A stretch of 63,450 nucleotides of DNA, counting the filler, from Lenisia limosa (lineage: Eukaryota > Protista > Breviatea), in assembly GCA_001655205.1 (NCBI GenBank). It is 10 parts of 10 records of this genome, joined end to end, with 100 filler letters (N's around TTAATTAATTAA, not from the genome) between each part and the next. Parts side by side here need not be neighbours in the genome. Positions count along the whole stretch, not along the records: positions 25,992 to 31,650 come from LPNZ01000679.1; positions 31,751 to 47,606 come from LPNZ01006732.1; 8 more parts are not named here. One strand, written 5' to 3'. The notes beneath the pieces are model-generated. The model ran no database searches, was not told where the DNA came from, and worked only from the letters and a program-made list of their open reading frames with translations. Both the position numbers and the translations under genes were made by a program. Of the stretch, positions 29,570-43,659 are shown in pieces. Position 1 is the first letter of the stretch. The number at the start of each line of letters is the position of its first letter.

Positions 29570-30620
29570 GGGCTGGCAACGGATGTTATTGAAGACGATG
29601 CAGCAGCTGGTTGGAGTGGTGTGTCAACAGCTTTTTCTATTCAATGATTAATTATATTGACAACTTATGGTTTTAGCTTCATTATTAAAGGGTCAGATGA
29701 CCGAAGCGTGTTTTAAGAACGGTATGAATGGGGGGGGGGGGCAAGAAGTANNNNNNNNNNNNNNNNNNNNNNNNNNNNNNNNNNNNNNNNNNNNNNNNNN
29801 NNNNNNNNNNNNNNNNNNNNNNNNNNNNNNNNNNNNNNNNAAGAGGCATTGCTGCCTCTAGTGACGTCTTCAACTCAACAACCACAGCGCTCTCTGTAGT
29901 TTACCCCGTGAGATGGGATATAAAGGGGCTGATTGACTGTACAATACATTCAATTGAGAGTTTTCTATCACCCAATGCTCTAGACTGAGATATTATCAAA
30001 TGGAAGGAATGGTAACTGATTCTCCAGGGACTGAATACAATGCTTGCTCTCTTGCCTGCATATAGACGTTGGTGGAGATGTGAAAATTGTGATTGAAAAC
30101 TATACTAGCATCATATCATACACTGACTCGGATAAGTCTTGACCGATTTGCTCTACCCAAGGAAAAATGGTCAAGACTTATCCCGGATATTGTTATCCCC
30201 GTATTGACTGAGAAAATCCAACTCATCCCCCCAGAAACTCCCAAAACTGGCAAGTTCTTTTCCCTCAATGATGAAGAGGTATGACATTGACATTGGCTTA
30301 TTCAATATCAATCCATTTGGAAGTACAAATAGTTTAACTACATCTCATGAGCTGCCTAACGAATAAGATGACGCTTCCACCATTTAACCCGACTGGAGAC
30401 GCAGGGGACGGAGGCAATCTGCTCCTTGGGTATGTGGCGAGAGGGGGATAATAGTATTGAGGCACATTACTCTATGCTCTTAGGATACGGGGGGGGGGTC
30501 ATTTCTGTCGTTAACCAAATATGACCCTTCAGAGTGCGGATTGTGAATGGTGAGTTTGACTTTGAGGACTTCAACAACGTCATGCAGCCCTACGTACCGC
30601 TGCTCTGCGTCTTCGTTTAG
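29570..30620 (+). CDS. Uncharacterised multi-exon gene fragment
   Basis: Phase-compatible exons GLNTMLALLPAYR|QTPKTGKFFSLNDEE|MTLPPFNPTGDAGDGGNLLLG|VRIVNGEFDFEDFNNVMQPYVPLLCVFV*; no family recognised. Confidence 0.3.
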
Positions 30621-31141
30621 AGTCTCTGTTGACTCTGTTCTATTTGATAAGATATGTGTATCATTCAACCTGTATACTGAAATGAAGCAGCAGGATAAGT
30701 AACATTTCACTTTGTTTCACCTGCCATGTTGTGGACCTATGCTTGATTGTTCGAACCTACCCATGCATGACAGAGAAGATCTTTACTTTTGGTGACTGTA
30801 CTTCCTCGGACTGTACTATTATTCCCTCCAATTAGCAGCAAGCTGAACCTATTCATCTACTCATCTACTGCACCCAAGCAGCACCCAAGCACACCACCAC
30901 TTTAGTTCATTTGTTCATTGGATTATTTAACTCTGATTTGACCAATTTGACTTCTTATTCAAACCTCTACCATGCATGCAGAGTGCATGCACCATGCACT
31001 ACAACAGCCTTTCCATGATCGGCGGGATCGGTTTTCACATCTCAAAATCAAGCATCAAGAAAAAAAAAACACTCCAATATTTGTTGTCGTCTTCAGAAGG
31101 AGCAAAGGGAAGCAGTGGAAGGCTAATAAAGGAGGATTATA

Positions 31142-31440
31142 ATGCGTTCCTTAGCCCTTGGGCTCTTCTTCGTGCTCTGTGCCCAGTTTTTGGCCGTCTG
31201 TTCTGAGAAGATCGAATATGAAGTCGCCATTCTCAATGTAGGTCCCTCTCCCCTCACCCTCACTTTCATAAATTTTAAGAATATTCTTTCATTCGCTCCT
31301 CTGATTTGTATGAATCTCTATGCGCTACTGATAAGCATATTCTGTGTTTTTATTTCAGTCAAATATAATTGGAGTCTTCGAATGCGGGGAATTTGGACTT
31401 CGGATGTATCGGAAGAAAACACTTAAACTGGAATGTTTCG
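31142..31440 (+). CDS. 5' exons of a putative secreted protein
   Basis: MRSLALGLFFVLCAQFLAVCSEKIEYEVAILN followed by a GTAGGT donor; signal-peptide-like. Confidence 0.35.
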
Positions 31441-31849
31441 GTCAGAGATATTGCATGACTTACCTTGCCGTCCTCATAAGGACTAAAAGTGGTTATAATC
31501 CATAGATATCGTAGTTTTGAGATTGAGTTTCAGAAGATAACACCCCCACCAGGACCGAGATGAAATGGTCAGCACGCGGATAGTGGGAGTAGACAAAGCC
31601 GTCGGCTCCATTACGCCTTCAGCGACGACGCCGGAGAGCATGAAGGAGGTNNNNNNNNNNNNNNNNNNNNNNNNNNNNNNNNNNNNNNNNNNNNTTAATT
31701 AATTAANNNNNNNNNNNNNNNNNNNNNNNNNNNNNNNNNNNNNNNNNNNNAGAGTTGAATGAAAGTAGAGCAATAGATGAAAACCAGCCATGGTGTATTG
31801 TGAATCAGCCATGGTGTATTGTGTTGTAAAGAATATTGAAATACGCATG

Positions 31850-34800
31850 CTTTAACTTTGACAATTATCATTAAAGAAGACCCCTTGGAAGTACGACCTA
31901 TTTCTGTTTTCTTTGATACTCATAACCCATAGTTGCTTCGACAAACCTTCTATAGTGATGTTCTGAGGTACAGCGTTGCTATCGAAGAACGAGGGAGTGA
32001 GGCGTACCGTCTCAGCATTTCCGAATACACGAACACGGAGATCGGGGCTTCGGTGGTACACGTCATTACCAATAGTGACTCTCACCCTGGAGGTAAAACG
32101 GGGAAGAATATGCTTGTGTTGATTGTGGGAAGAAATGTTTTTATTTTTTCCACTTTCAACAAGAGGAACAGATAGAGGAGTCTGAGGTACTGATAGTGAA
32201 AAATCCCTTCAAGAAGCCATTCAAAGCACAAACTTTGAAAACCAGTGTATCTTTGTAATATGTATGGGTGCTGAAAAAGAGAATTTGATTCATTCACCAT
32301 GTGATAAAATACATGTTACTCAGAGACTTAATATTTGACACTGACCGCGATAAGCCCTGACATGGAAATTATCTTACGTCAATCGTATCATAACTTATCG
32401 CAGTCACTGTATACTATATCTGAACATAAGTAGGCGAACAGGTTTATCCCGACATTATTATTTCTCCTCCTACCGCTTCCTCCTCGACCTGCCCAGCTTA
32501 CGTAAGTGTGGCTGAAGTCGACGGCTGATTTGAAGGAGTCACGAACCATGCGAAGGTGGAATTGACAATGCTGAGGGTAGTCTCCTCCTCGAAGCCTGGG
32601 CAGCGGATAGAAACGTTTGTGGGAAAGCTAAAAGGTCAGAGACAAAGAATCCACCTTAGGGCTATTTTCCGGGTTGTTTTAAAAGAATAATTAAGACAAT
32701 ATGATATATACTATATATCATAGTATGTATATTATATGTAGTATATGAAACAAAAAAAGATCAAAATCAACTATGTTGTCTAGCAACACACGAGGCTTGT
32801 TTTTAGGGGAGTAAAATGAAGTTTAAAAGGAGGAATTTGGGTCAGATAAATCAGATATTATAATGCTACCGTCACCTCCCTCCCTTTACGTCAATATTCT
32901 TCATCAAAATTTCCTTAGTTTTACTCTCCCACAGCCTCCCGTTTTGTAAACCCCATCCCACCTGTCCATGAATAGGCCTCCAGAAACCGAGACGTTGAAA
33001 TTCGGACCAAACTCCAAGGTGCTAAGCGCAATATTCTGCGCCAAATTGAGGACCGAAATGCCAAGCCCGCTGCCGTGGACAGTTCCGCGATACCACAGCT
33101 TCAGACCCGTGACGTCACCAAGTTGCGGAGGAAGGATGCATCGGAACTTGGCGCTTCCGACGTACGTGGCGGGGACACCACCGCCATTAAACAGACAGGC
33201 GGCAACATGGGNNNNNNNNNNNNNNNNNNNNNNNNNNNNNNNNNNNNNNNNNNNNNNNNNNNNNNNCCAGCAGAGTTGACAGTGATAGTGATGGCGGTTG
33301 TAACTTCCCTTATAAGGTAAGTCACGTCCACACTGAGGGAAGTGGCCAGGTCTGCTGCGGTTTCGGCTGAAAAGGTCAGGTTATTTTTGGTAATAGCAAG
33401 ACAATACAGCAAGTAAAACAAAATCTAGGTTTGAACAAGATACAAAATAGATTTTCTCTATTTGATGCCTGCCTTTGGACTTCATTAAGCCATTTACTGA
33501 ACAATTAAAAGAACGACACTGATAATAAGAACCAAGTCCGCTCAGTTGATGAGTTCCATTGGCTTATGCAATATTCAATGCGAGATGGTCAAAATTGCGG
33601 TGTCACGGCCGATTCCCAATAAGACTGAATTTTCGAGGCAAATCGACAATTTACCCGTATTTTGGAAATGGAAAATAAACAAAGACGAAGAATGTATCCA
33701 CCACCCCACCAGCAAAGACATCATTGTCGTCCGAGGCTCGGAAGACGTTTGGAATGTTGATAAGCCCCATATATGGGTATGACGATGGTGAAATGACTGG
33801 GAAGTAGCGGCTGCTGCTGTCTTCGGCTCGAAGTACCTTTCCACAAGCTAAGATGTGACCAGCTTGTAAAATGGCATTACAGTTGTCTCAAACAGTGTAC
33901 TGAGTTTAAAATCAACTTCGGAAAATAGAGTGGTCATAATAATCCTGAGAATTTGTTTCTCATCATAATTAAAAAGTTATCAAATGCTTGAGTCCTCTGC
34001 CCGTTACAGCATTCTTAATATGCATGTTGAGCCCCCCCTTACCCATAATGAAGTGAACGTTCGCGCCACTTTCCAGGTGAGTGATGGGGCCTAAAAGGGA
34101 TCAAGAGACGTTTACTGGAAAAGGCCAATAATATAGAGATGAGAAATATAAAAAAGGTTATATTCAGGCCGAAGCCGTCCATACCATCACGCTTATATAA
34201 GAGATATTGGAGTAGAAAGAGATATCGCATTATGACATAGGATCTCAATAAAGCTCACATTCAGGATCAGCCACCATGTCGCTGATAACTGTTGACTCGT
34301 ACCTAAGATGTAAGGCATATTTCATGATACTCCACATCAGCCAAGAGCCTCCCATATCCCTATTCATTTATTTGCTTCCCTAGTCTGTTATATATAGCAA
34401 TGAAAAACAAAAAAACAAGGTTTTTTATCTGGCCGAAGTCGTCCACACCATCACGCTGATAAGAGATATTGAATTATAATCTAATATTAATTCACCCAAT
34501 CATTTGTCTTAGTGCACACAGTTTTCTGCGTGCCTCCCCAGCATACGTTATAATATTATTTCTTATTCGTAACACCCAAACCATTCCAAAAAGCGATATG
34601 ACTACCAAGCAATCGATATAATCGAAAGAAAAGGAAAAAAAACTTGATTGTCTCCAGACTAGGGCTTCACTTCTGTTCGAAAAAAGACTGAATTTCTCGA
34701 AAAATCCTCGAAAACTATCGATATTTTCCTGGGGTTTTTCTAACCAAACTGAAGCCCTACTTGTATCCAGACCACCCACCATCCTGTCACGGTATCAGTA

Positions 34801-37800
34801 GAGGGGTTGGTTTGCCAGTTGGTTAGTGGCGAGGGGTAGTACGGTGTGCTTCTGAGCCTTCCGCAGCCAAAAACTCGGCCGGATGCTGTTATCAAACAGT
34901 TATAGGATGGGGGCGCGGGGTGGGGTAAATGGGACAATTTTTGAAACATAAAAAGCCCAAATCAATTCTGTTGGCAGACAACACAAAACAAACAAGCCCA
35001 GGCCAGTCGCTTCTGCAACACCGTATCCCATCACTCAAACAGAGGGTAAAACGAAGGAAATTATAAACAATTCCACCCACTGGTCACCACCACAATTCCA
35101 CCCACTTGTCACCACCACAATTCCGCCCCGGTAGCGCGATGTAGCCATGGCAAATATTTCTTCGCCGGAGTCAAGGGGAAGGGGGTAGGCCTAGAAAATT
35201 AGTTTTTTTCCCTGCTTGGATCATACAGATCTGGCTTGGTGTTGTAAACTGAGTAATGAGAAGTGAAAAGAAAGAAAAACGCCCATATTTTCGAACTTTT
35301 ATCATTCATCCTTTAGTTTATATCGCACGTGTGAAAATAATACAACAAGTGATATGATTTTGCACATGAAAGGAAAAATCTGCCTAATGCTGGATAGGGT
35401 TGAATTAACCCATTGTCAGCTACACAAAAATGATGGACGTCTGCACCCCTTCCCACCATTGTGATCGTTAAAGGTCCGCCAAGGTCTCGACAAATGTTTT
35501 CATTTGCATAGTCGCTGTCACCAGTCGTCATAATCTTGTTACTATCTACATGATGAGTTGTCATAATCTTGTTACTATCTACATTGTGGGTTGTTATAAT
35601 CTTGTTAATGTTACACTCAGTTATAAGCGGGGGGGATGATCCCAAAAGATCATTTCAATTATGTCACGCATTTTCATTTTTTTTTTCCAAAAAAGGACTG
35701 ATGTCTTTAGCCCCAAAAATGAAAAATAACAAAGAACAAATCAGCTTTCCAACAAGTCAAGATAACAAAGAGAAAATCAGCCCCCCCCTCTAACGAGTAA
35801 GGATCGCAGAAGAGTAGTAGCCGAATTTGATGTCTCTCACGCCCTCAGCTTGGAAGCCAGTACTGCCAATTAGGATGGAAAATATGGACCTTTTCGAAAA
35901 TATTCTTCATAGAAACTCCCTCGTTACCCCCCCCCCCACTGGCAATTTGGTACTTCCGTAATCCAAAGGTTTTGTTTTCCAATTCTCCCACGACCACCAC
36001 CATTTAGGTACTCCCATATGTAACTGCCCACTCTGAAACTTCTCCTTGGGGTAAGTTGCCAAAGTTGCGTTGTATTGTGCTGTAGTAGAGGAAAATACGG
36101 GAAGTTTCTACGAAATTACTCAAAAATAAGCAGATACGTCAAATTCCATGCAATTAATGTAGAAATTATTTCAAAATTTCAAGTTGGACAAGGATTGCTA
36201 TATACTCTAATCAAATATCTCTGATAAGATAGCTTTTCATTTCTACATCTGGCTCAGTTCTATAAAATACTGAACTTCTTAATAATCTGTCAAGACTTAT
36301 CCCGGTCACTGTATGTTACCATGAATTTTAGCATCCCGCCTCATAAGCCTCTCTATTCCTGTTCCCCAGAGTTAACATCAATATTGAAAGTTGCATTATT
36401 ATATGAATGGGCTGAAACAAGGGGTAAAAGTAAAAAAAACAGCACCTACCGGTCCAGAAAACGATGGTCTCAATTCCAGCCGCCACTGATACAATAGTTT
36501 CGCCCAAGGGGGCACTGGCTTGTAAAAAGGAAGATAGTTCAGTTCAGTTCAGTTCACTGAAAATTCAACTGAACTTGGTGTTCAAAACGGATATGTTTTC
36601 CTTTTGGTTTACTCTTTTGGAGGTATTAAGACAGGTCATGGACAATATTCCAGCATTATCGGCAGAAAAAATCCCAGCAACAAGAAAGAAGTTGCTTCAG
36701 CCCAGCATACTTGACTTGATATGGCGTGCCATAAATTAGATAATGAACCTCATTGTCGTCTAAAAGCGTCATTGAATGGAACGTTGTATAAGTGGGCTAG
36801 GGGTGCACGTGCGATTCGGGGACACCAAGACAACGGTTGTGGAAGTATGATAATTTGTGTTTATTGTATCCCTACGTATTTATTTTTTCCCTAGATTTTT
36901 TCAAAGAGTACATTATTTCTTGTTAAAAACCCCCAAGGGGAAGGTAAATCAAAATCAAGTTCTCAGAGTAAACGAGATAGGAACAAACCATTAGCAGCAA
37001 CAAAGGTGCTGGCTGCGATATCAAAGCACTGTATGCTACCCGTGAGGCTTGGGAAATCGAGGTCTTTGAAGGGGTAGAAACTATTTCCAAAGGTAAGCTC
37101 CTTTGCCTAGTGTAGTGAGGCATGGGTGTTGCATTTGTTGCATTAGGGACTGTACATGTAATCACAGAATCACGTTCTAACACTCCATTTCAAGAAAAAT
37201 TAACACCACACAAGCTGATACGATTTGCTCCCCTCCCCCCTCGCACTCGTTTTTCCTCTTCAGTCCACAGCTCGCAGTCATAGATGGTTGAACACGCGTT
37301 TCCTTTGAACTTCATTTTCAGGCCGCTGGTCTCAGAATCTGCATAATAAATGTATGAAGCAACTCCGATTTGAATATTATGTGAGGGTTCACTTCCTCAA
37401 TATTGTGGGTATCTCAATTTAAAACGTTCTCTCTTTGAAGGGTTTTGAAAAGGGATTCACTCCTGTCTAAAAAGATCGGTAAACAATCGAAGTACACTGA
37501 CAGCGACTTGTCCTGCCACGGATATTGAGCTTTATCTTGAGTCAATCTTGTCAGGACTTATTGCGGTTACTATTTGAGAACTTCACTCATTTTCTGGAGC
37601 GGAGTCTGAACATCGATCTCTTTTGGAGTAAAATGAAGCCCCCCCTGAAACTGGGACAGCCACACAAAACAACCCCTTACAAGTGAGTTGAGCATAGATG
37701 CTTGTATCCGACACAGTGTCAATAATCTAATCAGTAAGTAATCTGTTAGTGACCATTTATATAGAAATGAGAAATAAAAAAATAAGGTTGTATCAGGCCG

Positions 37801-40800
37801 AAGCCGTTGGCACAATCAAGTGACAATTTAAACATATGATATATGATCTGATCAGACAATATAAACATACATATACCATGTACAGTGGATGACCTTGATA
37901 AGTCATGACACGATTATTATAGATGTAATGTTACAGTGCTAGTTCCAGTTCAGAGTGTCTTGCCCTCTTACCTTCGTTCCGACCAGTGAAGTTGGCGCAT
38001 CCATCGGAATGCGCTCCACACGTGACCTCGACGTCATGAATTCATTGGGCATGGAGAACAGCGAGTAGGTGGAATGTTTCGACGACCACATTCGAATGCC
38101 CTCCGGCGCTAAAGAATGATATTATGGATATGGGGTGTACAAACATACTGTGCGCTAGATATGATAATTAAGGCTTCACTTCGGTCAAAAAAAAGAATAA
38201 AAGATTCGATAAATCCTCAAAATCTATCGACTATACCGTCTTTTTCTGACTGGAGTGAAGTCCGAGAAGATTATGTAGTACTGTCTGAATAAGGGTATTT
38301 GGTAACACACAATGCATATTCATACTTAGGTATAGGCTCCTTATGTGTTTCCAAACTTAGCTAACAGAGTTAATTTCTGGTGTTTTTCTCTCATAACCCC
38401 CCACTTGCAACAATGTACTCTTCTCCTGAGGTAGCAAGAGCAGCCTTGCTACTAGGGTCCACCACTCCCAGAGAACAAAGGTCTGTTGGGACCTAAAGTG
38501 TTATAAATATCATACAAAGATGGGTGTTGAGCCAAGGTTTTATCTGGCTGAAGCCGCCTACATATACATAGATATACATTTGATAATATAGTATACATAG
38601 CAATGAAAAATAAAAAAAACAAAGTTGTATCTGGCCGAAGTCGTCCACACCATCACGCTTATAAGTGAAATTGGAATAGTAATTCTCTCAATCATTTGCC
38701 TTACAACTCTGTCATTGCTCTCTGCATGCAAATCTCACCCCCTCATCTCTCTAGAATCTCACCCCCTCATCTATCTAGAATCTCACCCCTTCATCTCTCT
38801 AGAATCAAAATAAGTGTTTGTGGGGAACCAGATGGTGTATGTGGATTAGGGCTTCACTTCGGTTCGAAAAATACCGGTAAAATGAAGCTTTATCGAGAAA
38901 TTCAGTCTTTTTTCCAACCAAAGTAAAGCCCTGCTTGTGGACTAATGGGTCTGTGAATACTGCTTCCCGTATTGTTTTTATACGATCTCATAGGATACGA
39001 TACGTATTACATATCATCCAATAATACATATAGTAATACTATTTTATATAAATATATAGATATACATATGGTATGTAGTTTATTTATATTTATATATATA
39101 ATAGTTATTATTAGGGCTTCCCTACGGTCCGAAAAAGACCGTCAAAATATCGATATTTATCGAAAATTTATATGCATACATATACACAAACCTCAGAGTT
39201 TATGATGGTATACGGATCCACAAGGCTTCTACACTTCTTATCTGTTGTCAAGACCTCTCCTGAACCTAAAATGTTAATTCGTCCAGTTACATTCGTCCTT
39301 AAGATTAAAACAATATGTTCCTTGGTTCCAGAACAACCATCTAACAACCATCAAATCCATTGGTAACCCACTTGAAATCATAACCAAGTTGCTGCTTTGT
39401 CCTCGAACATCAAAGATCGCTCCGTATGACGTAAAACAAGGCTACTTAGTAAAGAAAAGGGGGAGCGTACAGGAAGCAAAGCATCAAAGTAAATCAGTAG
39501 ATCATATTAACTACAATTTCAGATTGCAAATAAAGACTCCATTTTCTGATTTTTGCACGAAAAATATTGAACCATTTCGTTGTTTTTGAAAACCGACGTG
39601 AAACCATAGTTTCACCCCCAGCGTGATTTTTGCCTAAGTGTTGTTTGTTCATTTGTTACTACTTGTTTCCTTGTTTGTGTGGAGTTTGTGAGTATTCGAT
39701 TCGTGATAAGTAGTACCTTTACCACTATATTCTTCATCGAAATTTGCTTCGTTTTATTCCCCAGAGAAATTAACAAACCTCAAAAGTGGCATTGAACCCA
39801 TGGCTTCCATCAGAGGCGGCACAGAATAAACGGCCCTCTGCTGTATCGGTATTAGTTAAGGAAGGGACTAGTTGAAGGGATTAGTTAAGGAAGGGACTAG
39901 TTGAAGGGATTAGTTAAGGAAGGGACTAGTTGAAGGGACTAGTTAAGGAAGCGATTAGATAAGGAATGTATGGGTTCTGTGGGAATGGATGAGTTAATTG
40001 GGTGGGAATGAAGAGGTTAATTGGATGATGGGATTGGAAGTAATTAATTGGGTGTATATGGGGTGAGTGGGGAAGTGATCGATTGAAGCACTATGAAACC
40101 GGCCGTTTTAGATATTAAAACCTGCAATGGAACATGAAAAATCAAATACCCTTAAATGAATTAAATGTCTGGGTGTCCCTCCACAAACATGTTAAAATGA
40201 CAAAGTCGTCCCTGCCATTCTGGTTTGCAATGTGAACAAGCGTTTCATTTGTGCTCAACATGGGGGTGGGAGCCTCCGTAGGGACGGTAACTGAGGCCGG
40301 CGCGGTTTCATAGCCAACTGTCCGTAGACCCGAAACGAAAATGTTTGTTGCTATGTGAAGGGATTATTAATGAAAGAGAGGACAATAAAAAACCTCATGA
40401 GCTTAATAGGTTGATGTTAATATAGAAATGAAACATCAGTGATAAAAATAAAAAAAATTAGATAAATCGGTCTGAAAAGAAAAGTCTCTCATAATTATCC
40501 TCATTTATTCAGATTTTTTTTGAATAACATTGCACAAAACTGAACAGGCAGGTATCAATGAACCATTCCCTCAGGTCCGAAAAAAAGACGGAATTTCTCA
40601 ATAAATCCTCAAAAATATCGATATTTTACCGGTCTTTTCCGGACCGTAGGGAAGCCCTACTTGCAAACCTGCCCCTACCGTTTATGAAGACACAGTGAAG
40701 TTGGTTGGGGCAGGCGGCACCAACGGCTTTGGAGGAGAACATAACTTGGTCACTATTCGATTAAAAACTTCAACATCAGTATTGTGAGAATGCAAACTAC

Positions 40801-43137
40801 GATAGGTTTCCGTGAAATTAATTCATTGAAGAAAATAATTGAATATTAAAGTGCTGAAAAGGGGTTACAGTTACAGTATGCCCCATCAAAATTTAAATTC
40901 ATTTCCAAATTAAGCACCCCTACTAATCGATTAATAACTTCAAATGATGAGTATGAAAATGAAAAACAGCATAACATATGAGTTGAGAATGTAGGGCTTC
41001 ACTTCGGTTCGAAAAAAGACTGAACTTCTCTATCGATATTTTACCGGACTATCTTGAACCGAAGTGAAGCCCCAGTTGAGAACCATTTTGATATCGTCAT
41101 ATCAAGTCCAATTATGGATGGGGGGTTATGTATGCTATTTTATTGGACGGGGGTCTGGCGTGGAATGTTTTATTGTGGTGGTGGTGGGTTAAGATCAATT
41201 CTCATGACATTGAGTTTTAATCCAGTCTATTTCCGATTATAAGGATATTTTGCAAAAGGCAAAAAGATGGTGACTAGATCAAGAAATTTGTAGGCAGCGA
41301 AGCAAACCCTTTCAAGTCAAAACAAGATATCCCACCCGAAAACTGAAGATGCGTAGCTATCAACACCAAGTTGGCCATTCGGGTTCTGTCCGTTGCCCCA
41401 CATAACATATGTTTCTGGAGGGGTCAGCAAGGGGCGTGAGTGAATTACGTATCGTGTTGGAAAAGGTCCTTTTACGTTGCTTAGTATATAGGGTATATGT
41501 TGGGCTTCACTTTCTCGAAAAATCCTTGAAAAGTATCGATATTTTACTAGTCTTTTTCGAACCAAAGTAAAGCCCTAATATGTTGCGTAATAGCGGCGTA
41601 ATTGTGTTTTGTATCTTTATGAATATTATTCATTTTCCCAGTATTTTGTTTAATTAATGAATTTTGCTCTCCAAAAAGGACCCCCATGACTACACAGTCC
41701 ACCTCACCTGTAAGCAATATCATACAATTGAGACCTTTAAAGGGGTATATAATCTCATTTGGCACATAGCTGTACGGAGATGTGTGCGTTCCGGAAGGGT
41801 CATAGTTGTTCTGAGAAGGCATGATTGGTTTTAATTTCGTCAATACTTGAAAAGCCCTTCAATGCCGAGAAGAATCTTTTTTCAGAAAAAACAAAAATGT
41901 CAGAATAATATATTACGTTATTAACTTTGTGATAAGATAAATCCAAAATCAGTTATTGCACTTAACACACCACTTACCAAGTTATACTGATCAGAATGAT
42001 GCGAACCACCCTCTACAATTGTCAGAAACAATCAAAAACAATTGAAGCTATTATACATCAAACAAGGCATTTGAAAGCAGGCCAACTTTTATAAAAGAAG
42101 TCTTTGTGGTACGCGGCCATGTAGTCAACATCTGTGATGGTCTCGCACTCGTCAATGAAGGTCGAGTAGCAGAGCACCATCAAGCCATCTGCAACGTCAA
42201 CATGAAATAATATTCCTGTTTTCAACTGCGAAATTGTAGCTTTCACCAGATTAGTCTCAAAACTATCAAGCTTTGTTCGGGTCACAATGAAGCAATGACA
42301 CCCCCCCCCNNNNNNNNNNNNNNNNNNNNNNNNNNNNNNNNNNNNNNNNNNNNCACACCCTCATTGTACAATTGGTTTTTAAAATAAAATAAAGTGTATA
42401 CTTAACAATCTGTCACCAAGAGCATCATCATCAAAATAAGGTTGTATCTGGCCGACACCATCACGTTGCCTTGCAACTCTCTGCACACAGCTCTCTGCGT
42501 ACCTCCCAAGTATATTAATTCACCCAATCATTTGCCTTACANNNNNNNNNNNNNNNNNNNNNNNNNNNNNNNNNNNNNNNNNNNNNNNNNNNNNNNNNNN
42601 NNNNNNNNNNNNNNNNNNNNNNNNNNNNNNNNNNNNNNNNACACCACCATGGCTTGCCGGAAGCGGAAGATGTGTGTTTTGCATCATGGAGTTGGGGAAG
42701 AAGGGGGTGGAGAAGAACTCCGTGTAGATACTGCTGGATGTCGAGGGTGCGTAATGATAGTCTCCTAGGGAGTTAGCTGGTTACCATACTGACATTTATT
42801 GTTAAAAATAACCCAAAAAGCATGAAGCGGCAAGGGGATAGCCATGTATATGAATGTAACTTTATCATTTAAAGCATACTATTCCCTGTAATAAGTGAAA
42901 GGGGACCACCCCTCAATGATCATCAAAATTTCCAATTTTACCCAGCCCCCTTCATCTCATCAAAATTTACAAATACAACAAAATGCAAACAATAGACTTC
43001 AATACTGAAACAACAATTCAACATGTTTGCTATTATAGGAAGAATTGGCGCAAATCTGGGTTAGAGGGAGATTTGATGAACCACAAACCGGCAACTAAGC
43101 CGACAAGGAGGCAGCAAAGCAAGAACAAGTGAAGCAT
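31850..43137 (-). CDS. Large secreted/surface protein: signal peptide, RCC1-like repeats, IPT/TIG domains; 3'-truncated
   Basis: About 25 exons: MLHLFLLCCLLVGLVAG; YVMWGNGQNPNGQLGVD; LHCVFINATNIFVSG; FVILTSEGRLFC; VRDIKFGYYSSAILTHSNKIMTTG; IVVVTTSGRVFGCG; then TIG-like ACLFNGGGVPATYVGSAKFRCILPP, NSTFAWFVTPS..TVRVTIG, LTPSFFDSNAVPQNITIEG. Confidence 0.75.
34390..34550 (+). repeat. Family C dispersed repeat (TIR-less), long copy
   Basis: Core AAGGTTGTATCTGGCCGAAGCCGTCCACACCATCACGCTTATAAGAGATATTGG recurs at about 16079, 19401 (rev), 21008, 34150, 34420, 37785, 38535, 38615, 42438, 47395 (rev), 48470, 61450 (rev). Confidence 0.85.
34662..34757. mobile_element. MITE family A copy
   Basis: TA|GGGCTTCACTTCTGTTCGAAAAAAGAC ... 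AACCAAACTGAAGCCC|TA; other near-complete copies at 38170-38260, 38849-38931, 40994-41072, 41503-41576, 46369-46505, 55031-55113. Confidence 0.85.
38731..38807. repeat. 24-bp tandem repeat x3
   Basis: AATCTCACCCCCTCATCTCTCTAG repeated three times; intronic. Confidence 0.9.
39853..39957. repeat. 29-bp tandem repeat x3.5
   Basis: TAGTTAAGGAAGGGACTAGTTGAAGGGAT units; intronic. Confidence 0.9.
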
Positions 43138-43659
43138 GATTGGATTAAGGGCAAAATGGAGGAGGGGGGGGGGCGTGGAACTGTCTTTCCTGAGTTGTAA
43201 AGTGTCTGCCCTCGTAAATACTGCCTTAATCAGTTGAAGGATGGCAAGAGGGGGGGCCCTAGGGAAAGATGTCACTGGAATGCCACGTAGTTCCTGTCAT
43301 TCACCTTGCTTAATAGATGTTTCGTGGACGTGTTGCAATGGCGGTGTGTTATTTTGCGATTTTGCGCATGAAAACACAAGCGAATTGGCGGGTGATTGGT
43401 GAAAAATTGCTATCCGTAGGGGCTTATTTTTGTGTCAGAAAAGCATTTACAGCATTAATTTGATTTTGCCATATCTCTTAACAACTAATTAGCGAGCAAT
43501 TGACCAGGCTGAGGGCTACTGGGCTTTGTTTTTCCCCCTTACTTGCCTTAGTCCCCCTTTGAACCTCTCCCTGTGTGATTTTGTTAAATTAGGTGACAAA
43601 ACGTCGTATTGGCTGCATATTGGCAAGATTAGGCAAGAGTTGCCATTTGGCAGCGGCAG
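43138..43659. promoter_or_regulatory. Probable bidirectional promoter of the two RCC1-like surface-protein genes
   Basis: About 520 bp between divergent ATGs; two ATTGG (CCAAT-reverse) boxes at about 43384-43399. Confidence 0.45.

Noticed and set aside
34420-34475. Family C core as a 5S rRNA or tRNA derivative
   Set aside because: Only a few-nucleotide resemblance; no internal promoter boxes or foldable cloverleaf or 5S structure visible.
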